Shown: positions 26,550 to 38,363 of the stretch, piece after piece
Position numbering within the stretch: position 1 is the first letter of the stretch
Layout: every line of letters starts with the position of its first letter
Assembly (NCBI RefSeq): GCF_963921235.1
Contig: NC_086097.1
Location: 178,932,001-178,996,000 of the forward strand
Length of the DNA: 64,000 nt
Source: Mobula hypostoma
Lineage: Eukaryota
Direction of reading: 5' to 3'
Made by a program: the position numbers and the translations under genes
The notes under the pieces: model-generated
The model's input: the letters and a program-made list of their open reading frames with translations, nothing else
What the model was told of the DNA's origin: nothing
The model's database searches: none

Positions 26550-27330
26550 ATAAGATAGAAGTGCAGAATTAGGCCACTCAGTCCCTCTAGTCCTCTTTGC
26601 CATTTGATCATGGCTCTCAACCCCATTATCCTGCCTTCTCCCCATAACACTTAAAGCCCTTAATAAAGAACCTATTCACCCCTGCTTTAAATACATCCAA
26701 TGGCTTGGCCGCCACAGCTGTCTGTGGCAATGAATTCCACAGATTCACCACCCTCTGGCTAAAGAAATTTCTCCTCCTCTCTGTTCTAAAGAAACGTCCT
26801 TCTGTTCTGAGGCTGCGCCCTCCAGCCCTGGATTCTCCCACCATTGAAAACATTCTCTCCACATCCACTCTATCTAGGCCTTTCAATATTCGGTACGTTT
26901 CAGTGAGATCCCCCATCATTCTTCTCAATTCTAGTGAGTACAAACCCAGAGACATCAAATGCTCCTCATACATTAATCTTTCCATTCCCACGATCATTTT
27001 ATAAGCCTCCTCTGGGCCCTCTCCAATGCCAGCATATCCTTTCATAGATATGGGGTCTACATCTGCTCACAATACTCCAAATGTGGTATGACTAATGCCT
27101 TATAAAGACTCATCATTACGTCCTTGCTTTTATATTGTAGTCCTCTGGAAATGAGTGCTCGTGTTGTATTTGCCTTCCTTACCACTGACTCAGAGTGCCA
27201 GTTAACCTTTAGGGAAGCCTGCCCAAGGACTTCCAAGTCCCTTTGCGCCTCTACTTTCTGAATTTGCTACCCATCTAGAAAATAGTCTACACCTTTATTC
27301 CTTCTACCAAAGTGCAAAACCATGCACTTC
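26550..27330 (-). mobile_element. CR1 LINE 3' fragment
   Basis: ORF 26626-27045 reads LGLYSLELRRMMGDLTETYRILKGLDRVDVERMF..FFSQRVVNLWNSLP. Confidence 0.9.
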
Positions 27331-27654
27331 AGTACACTGTATTCCATCTGTGACTTTTTTGCCCATTCTCCTAGTCTGTAGACTCCTGGGATTGTTTTCC
27401 CTTTGTTCAAGTGGAAGTTTGCAATAATTCTGAAGCAGCAATGAAAGGAAGGCAGGATGGCCAAGCAGTGAAACAGCACATTGCCCTGAGCCATGAAAGA
27501 ACAGAGAGGGCACGCGTGCTCAGTCTGAGTGCTTGCCACTGTGTTTGATGCACCTTTAAAGTTCTCCCTTCCACTCCTGGCAAGGTGAAAACAGAATAAC
27601 GAAGGAAAAGTTTTTTTCAGTTATTATTTCCAAGCTAAAGACTCTGTATTAGTA

Positions 27655-28215
27655 TCATACACAAGATGCTGGAGGAACTCAGCAAATCAGGCAGCATCTG
27701 TGGAGGGGAATTTCGGAACTTTTCAGGCCGAGATCCTTCATCAGGAAGAGGGCAGAATTCAGAATAGAAAGGCGGGAGGAGGGGCAAGAGCATAAGCCAA
27801 GAGAAACGTGAAGATTGGTGAGGGGAAAGGAGGGTGGATGGGGGGCGGTGAGTGAAGCAAGAAGATGGAAGGTGATTGGTGGAAGGGGTAAAGAGCTGAA
27901 GAAGAAATAATCTAATAGGAGAGGGACCTTTGAACCATGAGAAAGAGACATGGGGGGAAACCAGAGGGAGATCATAGGCAGGTGAGGAGAAGAGGGTAAC
28001 CAGAATGGGGAATGGAAAAAGGGAGAAGGGAAGGGCCAGAGATTAGAGAAATTGTTGTTCATGTCATCAAGTTGGAGACATACAGAATATGAGGTATTGC
28101 TCCTCCAACCTGAGAATGGCCTCATCCCCTCCATAAATTCTGCCTGAGCTGCTGAGTTCCTCCAGCATTTTGTACGTGTTGCTCCAGAGTTCCAGCATCT
28201 GTGAATCTCTTGTTA
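27655..28215 (-). mobile_element. Penelope-like fragment with inverted ends and GIY-YIG C-terminal remnant
   Basis: DEAILRLEEQYLIF peptide; inverted GATGCTGGAGGAACTCAGC / GCTGAGTTCCTCCAGCAT ends. Confidence 0.7.
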
Positions 28216-28609
28216 GTATGATTCTAAGTGAAGGGTGTGTGGTGAACTGTTTCAGGGTAGGAAAGGACAGTGGAATACTGCACTGGGTCCTCTGCCACAT
28301 CTGGCTCACCGTCCTAGGGAGGGAACTGGACAGTTGATATTTGGGTCTAGTCCTTCATCTAGTCCTTCACCTAGGCTGGAACTATCTCAGAAACTCAATT
28401 TTCAGATGGCTTCATCACCACAAGGTCACACAACATCCTGACTTAGATATAAGAATTTGCTGTTCATTCATTTTCTCTGGGTCCAGTTCCTGGAACTTCC
28501 CCAGCAGTTGAGATGGCGGTTCACCTTCGCCTTCCCAGCGGCATTTAGGGAGGGCAGAAAATGCTGGTCTTGCCAGTGAGACCCAGAACCCAAAACTGAA
28601 TGGTATTAG

Positions 28610-29330
28610 CCTCCCCTATTCTCCCACCTCTCCTCTTTCCCCTCCCCTATATCCGTTCCTGTTCTCCCACCTCTCCTCCTCCACTTCCCTCCTCCTTTCC
28701 TCCCCTCCTTACTCTACCTCCTCTATCCTAGCATCATTCCACCCCTACCCTTCTATCCCTCCGCTACTCTGCTCCTAATCTGCCTTCTTCTCCATCCCTC
28801 CCTTCCTCATTATCTCCCCTCCCCGCACGGTACCCTAGATCTCTGCCTTACCTCTTCCATCCTCCCCTACTCACTCCACCTCTCCTCCCCTCAAATCCCT
28901 GTCTCTGCTCGTCCTCTCTGTTTCCTCTCCACCTCCTTCCCACATCTCCTCTGCACCTCCCCTCCTCTCCATTCTTCCACCCTTCTCTCTCGCTCCACCT
29001 CCTCTCTGCTCTTCATCCTCTCCCCTTCCACATCTCTGCTCGTCCTCTCTGTTCCTTCTCCACCTCCTCTTTTCCTTCTCTCCTTCTATCTCCTTTCCTC
29101 CTTCCAGTTCTCCTACATCCTTCCCCCTGCACCATTCCTTCTTCTACACCTCTCCTCTCTCCCACCTTACCTCACCTCCATTCTCCTCCCACCCCACCTC
29201 TCTTCCCCTCTTCCCTCCCACTTCCCTCTCCTATCTGCACCAACCCTGCTCTCCAAATTCCCCCCTCTACCTCCCCCTCCCTCTCCCCCCTATCCTTCTG
29301 CATCCCCAGCCACTTCCCTGCATTCCTCAC
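28610..29330. repeat. ~720-bp polypyrimidine/polypurine low-complexity tract
   Basis: Strongly C/T-biased on the + strand, with internal repeats such as TCTCTGCTCGTCCTCTCTGTT x2. Confidence 0.9.
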
Positions 29331-30539
29331 TTTCTTTGGAACTCGACTGTTTAATCCAACATTCTCGGGGCTGTAAACATCTCGGATTGTGTGCTCAGAT
29401 GAGGAGAATTCCCAGTGGGAAACTGACCTGAATTCTAAACAGTGGGAAAGGAAAGGAACACACGGCTTCCTTCCGAACCTTCCCTGCCTTGCCCCCCTCC
29501 CCCCCACCCGTCGCAGCAGCGCCTCTGAACCCTGTGCTGTGCTGTTTCGGCAGATGTTGTCTCCACTCTCATCAGAGCCAGATGTTGTCCGGCTGGTCAG
29601 GGTGAATATCGAATATCCCCGAGCAGCCGTATAACGCGATATCCTGCCACCCATATACTGCCTTCCTTTCATAACAGGAGAAAGTAATTTGTTCCAAGTT
29701 TATTCGCTGTGATTCACAACATCACAAAAATAGTTTATCTTCACAACATCGAACTGTACAGCTCAGGAACAGGCCCTTCAGCCCACGATGTCAGTGCCAA
29801 ACATAATACCAAATTAAACTAAACTCCTTCCACCTCTGTGTGTTCCCTTTCTCTCCATTCCCTGCATATTCATGTGTCTATCTCACAGCCCCTTCAACAC
29901 CCGCACTGGCTCCCACCTCTCCCTCTGCCCTGCGCACCCCTGTGCCCAGTCAGCAAAGGCCCTTCAGTCCCATCCTCTGGTGTCCTGTGTGGAGTTTGCA
30001 CATTCGGACCATGAGGACATGGGTTTTCCGCAGGTGTTCCCGTTTCACCCCACATTCCGAAAAGCTGCGGGGTCCGTGGATTAATTGGCCAGTATGAAAT
30101 GCCCCCAATGTGCAGGTGAGGGCTAGATACTGGGGGTGGGGGTGGGGGGAATGATGGGAATGTTGGAAGAATAAAATAAGATTCATGAAAAATGAGTGTG
30201 GGGGTGGTTAATGGTCAGCATGCATTCAACGGGCCGAAGGGGCTGTCGCTGTGCTTGATTTCTCTGACCTGAAATCTGACTCTGAGAAAATGGGTATGGA
30301 GCGCACTTCAAAAGTATGTCATTGATTACAAAGAGGTCTTGTTGATAGTGAAGCAGGTTACAGTCAGAATGAGATTTAATCAGGTTTATTATCACCGGCG
30401 TATGTCATGCAATCTGTTAACCTTACGGCAGCAGTACAATGAAATACATGAAAAATAAATATAGAGAAAAAAACTAGCAACACACATCAAAGTTGCTGGT
30501 GAACGCAGCAGGCCAGGCAGCATCCCGAGGAAGAGGTAC

Positions 30540-30575
30540 AGTCGACGTTTCGGGCTGAGACCCTTCGTCAGGACT
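30540..30575 (-). ncRNA. Minimal type-I hammerhead ribozyme motif (PLE type)
   Basis: Minus strand AGUC-CUGACGA-A-GGGU(CUCA)GCCC-GAAAC-GUC-GACU: core boxes, stem II, palindromic ACGU in place of stem III, stem I AGUC/GACU. Confidence 0.75.
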
Positions 30576-30899
30576 AACTGAAGGAAGAGTGAGTAAGGGA
30601 TTTGAAAGTGGGAGGGGGAGGGGGAGATCCAGAATGATAGGAGGAGACAGGAGGGGGAGGGATGGAGCCGAGAGCTGGACAGGTGATAGGCAGAAGGGAT
30701 ATGAGAGGATCATGGGACAGGAAGCCCGGGGAGAAAGACGGTGGGGGGGGGGCGGGAATCCACTGATCTCCCTCCTGGCACTTATCCTTGTAAGCGGAAC
30801 AAGTGCTACACATGCTCCTACACTTCCTTCCTTACCACCATTCAGGGCCCCAGACAGTCCTTCCAGGTGAGGTGACACTTCACCTGTCAGTCGGCTGGG

Positions 30900-31193
30900 G
30901 TGATATACTGCGTCTGGTGCTCCCGATGTGGCCTTTTATATATTGGCGAGACCCGACGCAGACTGGGAGACTGTTCTGCTGAACACCTACGCTCTGTCCG
31001 CCAGAGAAAGCAGGATCTCTCAGTGGCCACACATTTTAATTCCACATCCCATTCCCATTCTGACATGTCTATCCACGGCCTCCTCTACTGTAAAGATGAA
31101 GCCACACTCAGGTTGGAGGAACAACACCTGATATTCCGTCTGGGTAGCCTCCAACCTGATGGCATGAACATCGACTTCTCTAACTTCCGCTGA
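30900..31193 (+). pseudogene. GIY-YIG endonuclease domain of PLE ORF (C-terminal remnant)
   Basis: VIYCVWCSRCGLLYIGETRRRLGDCSAEH...VATHFN...RLEEQHLIFRLGSLQPDGMN; preceded by a CY TC (CCHH-like) linker. Confidence 0.88.
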
Positions 31194-31487
31194 TGCCCCA
31201 CCTCCTCCTCGCACCCCATCTGTTATTTATTTTTATACACGCATTCTTTCTCTCACTCTCCTTTTTCTCCCTCTGTCCCTCTGAATATACCCCTTGTCCA
31301 TCTTCTGGGTCCCCCCGCCCCTCGTCTTTCTTCCCGGACCTCCTGTCCCATGATCCTCTCGTATCCCCTTTGCCAATCACCTGTCCAGCTCTTGGCTCCA
31401 TCCCTCCCCCTCCTGTCTTCTCCTATCATTTTGGATCTCCCCTTCCTCCTCCCACTTTCAAATCCCTTACTCACTCTTCCTTCAGTT

Positions 31488-31523
31488 AGTCCTGACGAAG
31501 GGTCTCGACCCGAAACGTCCACT
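31488..31523 (+). ncRNA. Minimal hammerhead ribozyme motif in the 3' pLTR
   Basis: AGUC-CUGACGA-A-GGGU(CUCG)ACCC-GAAAC-GUC-CACU; one stem I mismatch. Confidence 0.65.
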
Positions 31524-31626
31524 GCACCTCTTCCTAAAGATGCTGCCTGGCCTGCTGCGTTCACCAGCAACTTTGATGTATGTTGCTTGAATCTCCAGCA
31601 CCTGCGGAATTCCTGTTGTTTGCGAG

Positions 31627-32135
31627 AAAAAAGCTAAGTTACATTACGTATATACGTCTATTAAAAAACTGAATTACGTTAAGTATATACATCTATTAAA
31701 AAGCTAAGTTACATTACGTATATACGTCTATTAAAAAGCTAAGTTACATTATGTATGTACGTCTATTAAAAAACTGACTTACGTTACGTATATACGTCTA
31801 TTAAAAAGCTGAGTTACGTTACGTATACACGTCTATTAAAAAGCTGAGTTACGTTACGTATATACGTCTATTAAAAAACTGAGTTACGTTACGTATATAC
31901 GTCTATTAAAAAGCTGAGTTACGTTACATATACACGTCTATTAAAAAGCTGAGTTATGTTACGTATATACATCTATTAAAAAACTGAGTTACGTTACGTA
32001 TATACGTCTATTAAAAAACTGAGTTACGTTAGGTATACACGTCTATTAAAAAGCTAAGTTACGTTACGTATATACGTCTATTAAAAAACTGAGTTACGTT
32101 ACGTATACACGTCTATTAAAAAGCTAAGTTAAACT
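31627..32135. repeat. 35-bp AT-rich minisatellite, ~14 copies
   Basis: Unit AAAAAGCTGAGTTACGTTACGTATATACGTCTATT; the period is visible at 31801 and 31836. Confidence 0.97.
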
Positions 32136-32299
32136 AAGTAGTGCAAAATAGAACCATAGAAACCATAGAAACTACAGCACAGAAACAGGCCCTTTGGCCC
32201 TTCTTGGCTGTGCCGAACCATTTTCTGCCTAGTCCCACTGACCTGCACACGGACCATATCCCTCCATACACCTCCCATCCATGTATCTGTCCAATTTAT

Positions 32300-35155
32300 T
32301 CTTAAATGTTAAAAAAGAACCCGCATTTACCACCTCGTCTGGCAGCTCATTCCATACTCCCACCACTCTCTGTGTGAAGAAGACCCCCCCTATTGTTCCC
32401 TTTAAACTTTTCCCCCCTCACCCTTAACCCATGTCCTCTGGTTTTTTTCTCCCCTTGCCTCAGTGGAAAAAACCTGCTTGCATTCACTCTATCTATACCC
32501 ATCATAATTTTATATACCTCTATCAAATCTCCCCTCATTCTTCTATGCTCCAGGGAATAAAGTCCTAACCTATTCAACCTTCCTCTGTAGCTGAGTTTCT
32601 CAAGTCCCGGCATAATCCTTGTAAACCTTCTTTGCACTCTTTCAACCTTATTTATATCCTTCCTGTAATTTGGTGACCAAAACTGAACACAATACTCCAG
32701 GTTCGGCCTCACCAATGCCTTATACAACCTCATCATAACATTCCAGCTCTTATACTCAATACTTCGATTAATAAAGGCCAATGTACCAAAAGCTCTCTTT
32801 ACGACCTTATCTACCTGTGACGACACTTTTAGGGAATTTTGTATCTGTATTCCCAGATCCCTCTGTTCCACTGCACTCCTCAGTGCCTTACCATTAACCC
32901 TGTATGTTCCACGTCGGTTTGTCCTTCCAACGTGCAATACCTCACACTTGTCAGTATTAAACTCCGTCTGCCATTTTTCAGCCCATTTTTCCAGATGGTC
33001 CAAGTCCCTCTGCAGGCTCTGAAAACCTTCCTCACTGTCTACTACTCCTCCAATCTTTGTATCATCAGCAAACTTGCTGATCCAATTTACCAAATTATCA
33101 TCCAGATCATTGATATAGATGACAAATAACAATGGACCCAGCACTGATCCCTGTGGCACACCACTAGTCACAGGCCTCCACTCAGAGAAGCAATTCTCTA
33201 CCACCACTCTCTGGCTTCTTCCATCGAGCCAATGTCTAATCCAGTTTACCACCTCTCCATGTATACCTAGCGACTGAATTTTCCTAACTAACCTCCCATG
33301 CGGGATCTTGTCAAAGGCCTTACTGAAGTCCATGTAGACAATATCCACTTGCTTCCCTTCATCCACTTTCCTGGTAACCTCCTCAAAAAACTCCAACAGA
33401 TTGGTCAAACATGACCTACCACGCACAAAGCCATGTTGATTCTCCCTAATAGGCCCCTGTCTATCCAAATGCTTGTAGATCCTGTCTCTTAGTACTCCCT
33501 CCAATAACTTAGCTACTACTGACGTTAAACTCACCGGCCTATAATTTCCCGGATTACTTTTCGATCCTTTTTTAAACAACGGAACAACATGAGCCACTCT
33601 CCAATCCTCCGGCACTTCACCCATAGACAGCGACATTTTAAATATTTCTGCCAGGGCCCCCTCAATTTCAACACTAGTCTCCTTCAAGGTCCGAGGGAAC
33701 ACTGTCAGGTCCTGGGGATTTATCCACTTTAATTCTCCTCAAGACAGCAAGCACCTCCTCCTTTTCAATCTGTACAGTTTCCATGGTCTCACTACTTGAT
33801 TCCCTCAATTCCATAGATTTCATGCCAGCTTCCTTATTAAATACAGACGCAAAAAAACTATTTAAGATCTCCCCCATTTCCTTTGGTTCCGCACAAAGCC
33901 GACCACTCTGATCTTCAAGAGGACCAATTTTATCCCTTACAATCCTTTTGCTCTTAATATACTTGTAAAAGCTCTTTGGATTCTCCTTTACTTTGACTGC
34001 CAAGGCAACCTCATGTCTTCTTTTAGCCCTCCTGATTTCTTCCTTAAGTATTTTCTTGCACTTCTTATACTCCTCAAGCACCTGATTTACCCCCCGTTTC
34101 CTATACATTTCATACAACTCCCTCTTCTTCTTTATCAGAGTTGCAATATCCCTTGAGAACCAAGGTTTCTTATTCCTATTCAATTTGCCTTTAATCCTGA
34201 CAGGAACATACAAACTCTGCACTCTCAAAATTTCCCCTTTGAAGGCTTCCCACCTACCAATCACATCTTTGCCAGAGAACTACCTGTCCCAATCCATGCT
34301 TTTTAGATCCTTTCTCATTTCTTCAAATTTGGCCTTCTTCCAGTTCAGAACCTCAACCCTAGGACCAGATCTATCCTTGTCCATGATCAAATTGAAACTA
34401 ATGGTGTTATGATCACTGGAACCAAAGTGCTCCCCTACACAGACTTCTGTCACTTGCCCTAATTCGTTACCTAACAGGAGATCCAATATTGCATCCCCTC
34501 TAGTTGGTCCCTCTATATATTGATTTAGAAAACTTTCCTGAACACATTTTACAAACTCTAAACCATCTAGACCCTTAACAGTATGGGAGTCCCAATCAAT
34601 GTATGGAAAATTAAAATCCCCTACCACCACAACTTTATGTTTCCTGCAGTTGCCTGCTATCTCTCTGCAGATTTGCTCTTCCAAGTCTCGTTGACTATTG
34701 GGTGGTCTGTAATACAATCCCACTAATGTGGCCATACCTTTCCTGTTTCTCAGCTCCACCCATAAGGACTCAGTAGACAAGCCCTCTAATCTGTCCTGCC
34801 TGAGCACTGCTGTAGTATTTTCCCTAACAAGCAATGCTACTCCCCCACCTTTCATTCCTCTGCCTCGATCACATCTGAAACATCGGAACCCTGGAATATT
34901 AAGCTGCCAGTCCTGCCCCTCCTGTAGCCAAGTTTTACTAGTTGCTACAACATCATAATTCCACGTGTCAATCCATGCCCTCAACTCATCCGCCTTCCCC
35001 ACAATACTCCTCGCATTGAAATATATACACCTCAGAAGATTTTTACCACCACTCACAACCTTTCTATCAGCGGATTTGCTTAAACTTTCAACATCATTTA
35101 TTTTCACCCCAGCCACACTGTCAGCTCTGGCACTCTGGTTCCCATCCCTCTGCAA
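32300..35155 (-). pseudogene. CR1 ORF2 (APE endonuclease + reverse transcriptase), disrupted
   Basis: YFNARS, VGDFN, SSDH, NYRPVSLTS, DFSKAFD, GVPQGSVLGP and FADD motifs; in-frame stop at 34280-34282 and frameshifts near 33705 and 32390. Confidence 0.95.
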
Positions 35156-35157
35156 AT

Positions 35158-36099
35158 CTAGTTTAAAGCCTCCCCAATAGCACTAACAAACCTCCCTGAA
35201 AGGATATTGGTCCCCCTGTGGTTCAAGTGTAACCCGTCTCTCTTGTACAGGTCCCACCTGCCCCAGAAGAGGTCCCAATGATCCTGAAATCTGAAACCCT
35301 GCCCCCTACACCAGTTCCTCAGCCACTTGTCCCACCTCCAGAGCATCCTATTCCTACCCTCACTGGCACCTAGCACAGGTAGCAATCCTGAGATTACCAC
35401 CCTTGAGGTCCTGCTTTTCAACTTCCTTCCAAGCTCTCTATACTCACTCTCCAGGACCTCCTCGCTCTTCCTTGCTATGTCATTGGTACCGATGTGCACC
35501 ACGACATCTGGCTGGTCACCCTCCCACTTCAGAATGTCATGCAATCGATCAGAGACATCCTTGACCCTGGCACCCGGGAGGCAACAAACCATCCTGGATT
35601 CTCTGTCACGACCACAGAACCTCCTATCTGCATCTCTAACTATCAAGTCCCCTATCACTACTGCTCTCCTCTTTCTCCCCCCTCCCTTCTGCACTGCAGA
35701 GCCAGACTCAGTGCCAAAGATCCGGCTACTGCAGCTAGTCCCAGGTAAGTCATCCCCCCCAACAGTATCCAATGCGGTATACTTGTTGTTGAGGGGAATG
35801 GCCACAGGGGAACCCTGCTCTGCCTGCCCTTTCCTCTTCCCTCGCCTGACAGTGACCCAATTTCCTGTCCTCTGCTCCTTTGGCGTAACTACCTCCCTGT
35901 AGCTGCGATCTATAATCTCCTCATTCTCCCGAATGATCCGCAGGTCATCCAGCTCCTGCTCCAGTTCCCTAACACGGTTTGTCAGGAGCTGCAGCTGGAT
36001 GCACTCCTTGCAGGTGTCGTTGTCAGGGACACCGGAGGGCTCCCTGACTTCCCACATCCTGCAAGAGGAGCATTCCAACATCCTGCCTGGCATTCTCAC
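35158..36099 (-). CDS. CR1 ORF1 protein (Cys-rich N-terminus, coiled coil, SGNH/GDSL esterase-like domain)
   Basis: Open 313-aa frame with CxxC..CxxC, a heptad-rich segment, VVIGD(L), CLPGA, HIGTND and DGLHLN. Confidence 0.88.
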   Translation of the reverse strand: MRMPGRMLECSSCRMWEVREPSGVPDNDTCKECIQLQLLTNRVRELEQELDDLRIIRENEEIIDRSYREVVTPKEQRTGNWVTVRRGKRKGQAEQGSPVAIPLNNKYTALDTVGGDDLPGTSCSSRIFGTESGSAVQKGGGRKRRAVVIGDLIVRDADRRFCGRDRESRMVCCLPGARVKDVSDRLHDILKWEGDQPDVVVHIGTNDIARKSEEVLESEYRELGRKLKSRTSRVVISGLLPVLGASEGRNRMLWRWDKWLRNWCRGQGFRFQDHWDLFWGRWDLYKRDGLHLNHRGTNILSGRFVSAIGEALN

Positions 36100-37682
36100 T
36101 GCACTAGCAGAAATAGAAAAGTAGTGAGATAGTGTTCATTGGTTCAATGTCCATGTAGGAATCAGATGGCAGAGGGGAAGAAGCTGTTTCTGAATTGCTG
36201 AGTGTGTGATTTCAGGCTTCTGTACCTCCTACCCAACAGTAACAGTGTGAAGAGGGCTTGCCCTGGCTGGTGGGGATCCTCAACGATGGACACTGCTCCT
36301 TGAAGATACCTTGGATATTATGGAGGCTGGTACCATCTTGGAGATGACTAATTTTACAAGTTCTGCAACTTATTTTGATCCTGTGCAGTAGCCTCCTCAC
36401 ACCGCACCCCCCCCCCCCACATACCAGACAGTGACAAAGCCAGTCTGAATGCTCTCCATGGTACATTTGTGGAAGCTTTCAAGTGTTTTAGTTGACAAAC
36501 CAAATCTTTTCAAACTTCAAATGAAATATAGCCACTGTCTTGGCTTCTTTATAGCTGCAATGAATTGATGGGACCAGGTTAGGTCCTCAGAGATATTGAC
36601 ATCCAATATGAATTGCAAAGAGTTCTTGATCATTTAGGGAGGTGGGCTGAGGAATGACAAATGGACTTAAACGTAAGGGTGAGGTGGTGCTTTTTTGGAT
36701 CGATAAACCAGGTGGGACCTATACAGCGAACGGCAGGAAATGACGAGTGTTGTGGAGTTAGTAGGAGCTGGGAGTACAAATGCACAATTCACTGAAAGCT
36801 GGCCACACTGGAGCATGAAGGGTGACCTCAGAGAAGTTTATAAAATCATGAGGGGTATGGATAAGGCGGGCGGTCATCATCTTTTCCCCAGGGTTAGAAA
36901 TGCCTAAACTAGAGAATACAGATACAGTGCAAGATAAGAGAGGAAAGATTTAAATGAGACCTGAGAGGTGACTTCTTTATATAGAGGACAGTGAGTACCT
37001 AGAATGAGGTATGAGAGGTGGGTATAACTGCAACGTTTAAGAGGGATTTGGGTAGGTACATGGTGGGGTGGGGTTTAGAAGGTTATAGACCAAACACGGG
37101 CAACCGGGACTAGCAGGGAGATGTTGTAGTCAGCATGAACCATCTGGGATGAAAGGCCAGTTTCCATGTTGTATTACCCTATGACACTAGGACTACTAGG
37201 ACTAAAGCTGTAGCCAGTTAAGGTCATGATATGTAGCTGAGTTAAACTAAGAATGGAATATAATAGACAAGGCTGATACCACAATGGTTTTTCAAATGTA
37301 TTCATTAAGGTGCATCTGTGCACCTTGAGTAAGGCCAGCATTTATGGCCCATCCCTAACCATCAGGGAGTCATGGAGTCACAGAGCATGGGAACAGCTCC
37401 TTCAGCCCATCTGATCCATACCGACTGCTTTTCTCAGTGAGCTAGTTCCATCTACCCACGTTTGACCCATCGCCCTCTAAACCTCTCCTATTATTGTCCT
37501 CAGCTCAATGGCTTTGAAATATATCCACCACAACCACTATTTCTGGCAGCTCATTTCAAATACACACCACCTTTGTTATAGAAACTTGCCCTGGTGTCCC
37601 TCTTAAATCTCCTGCCTCTGATCTTAAACCTATACCCTCTTACTTTCAGCACCACCTCCCTAAGGAAAAGGACATGTGCTTT

Positions 37683-37895
37683 CACAACGCACAAGATGCT
37701 GGAGGAACCTGGAAAGGCAGGCAGCATCTGTGGAAGAGAGCATACTGTTGACATTTCAGACCAGGGCCGGGTCTTGGCCAAAAACAATGACTGTTTATTC
37801 CCCTCCATAGATGTTGCCTGAATTGCTGAGATCCCGGAGCATTTTGTCTGCGTTGCTTAAAATTTTCAGCATCTACAGAATCTCTTGTGTTTTTA
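37683..37895 (+). mobile_element. Older fold-back Penelope-like end element inside a CR1 fragment
   Basis: Inverted arms GATGCTGGAGGAAC..GCAGCATCTGTGG / CCATAGATGTTGCC..AGCATTTTG, then tail CAGCATCTACAGAATCTCTTGTGTT. Confidence 0.7.
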
Positions 37896-38363
37896 AGTTT
37901 CCATAATGTCTCTGCGCTTCATGATCTACTAGAGGTAATAATGTCCTAGTCTGTACATCCTCTCCTTGTAACTCAGGAACCGAACTACAGGCAACATGCT
38001 GGTAAATCTTTTTTGTACTCTTTCCAGTTGAACAACATCTTTCCTGCAACAGGGTGACCAAAACTGTACACAATATTCCAAGTGCAGTTTCACCAGTCTC
38101 CCATATAACTACAATATAAATTCCCCACCCCAAAGCTCAATTGTCCTTGAGGAGACTAGGATGAGCCTCCATCTGGAACTCTGCAGACCTTCTGGTAAAG
38201 GAGATCCCACTAATCAGTATCAGAATCAGGTTAATTATCGCTGATATATGTAATGTGAATTGAATTAGACCTAGTGATGATGAAAGGGAACCTGCAAGTG
38301 GTAGTGTTCCCTGCACCTCATACCCTTGTCCTTCTTGTTGATGGAAGTTGTAGGTCTAGAAAT

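Larger units (their letters stand above)
30477..31623 (+). mobile_element. 5'-truncated Penelope-like retroelement with inverted pseudo-LTR
   Basis: GIY-YIG ORF; 30477-30750 is the reverse complement of ~31320-31588; 13-bp TSD GAGAAAAAA(A/G)CTA at 30464-30476 and 31624-31636. Confidence 0.9.
32148..36110 (-). mobile_element. Near full-length CR1 LINE (5'UTR missing)
   Basis: ORF1, ORF2, 3'UTR and a short tandem tail (ATAGAAACC repeats on +, 32148-32172). Confidence 0.95.
30362..36600 (-). mobile_element. Rex1/Babar-like LINE 3' portion split by nested insertions (pieces 30362-30476, ~32125-32147, 36111-36600)
   Basis: Tail at 30362-30476 and RT C-terminus at 36150-36330 are reverse-complement homologues of 620-1030. 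Confidence 0.7.

Noticed and set aside
29370-29400. TGTAAACATC resembling the miR-30 5' end
   Set aside because: The match stops after ~10 nt and there is no complementary arm
29709-29752. TGATTCACAACA similarity to miR-138
   Set aside because: The two TTCACAACATC copies are direct repeats and form no precursor hairpin
31627-32135. 35-bp repeat as a CRISPR array
   Set aside because: Units are contiguous with no spacers
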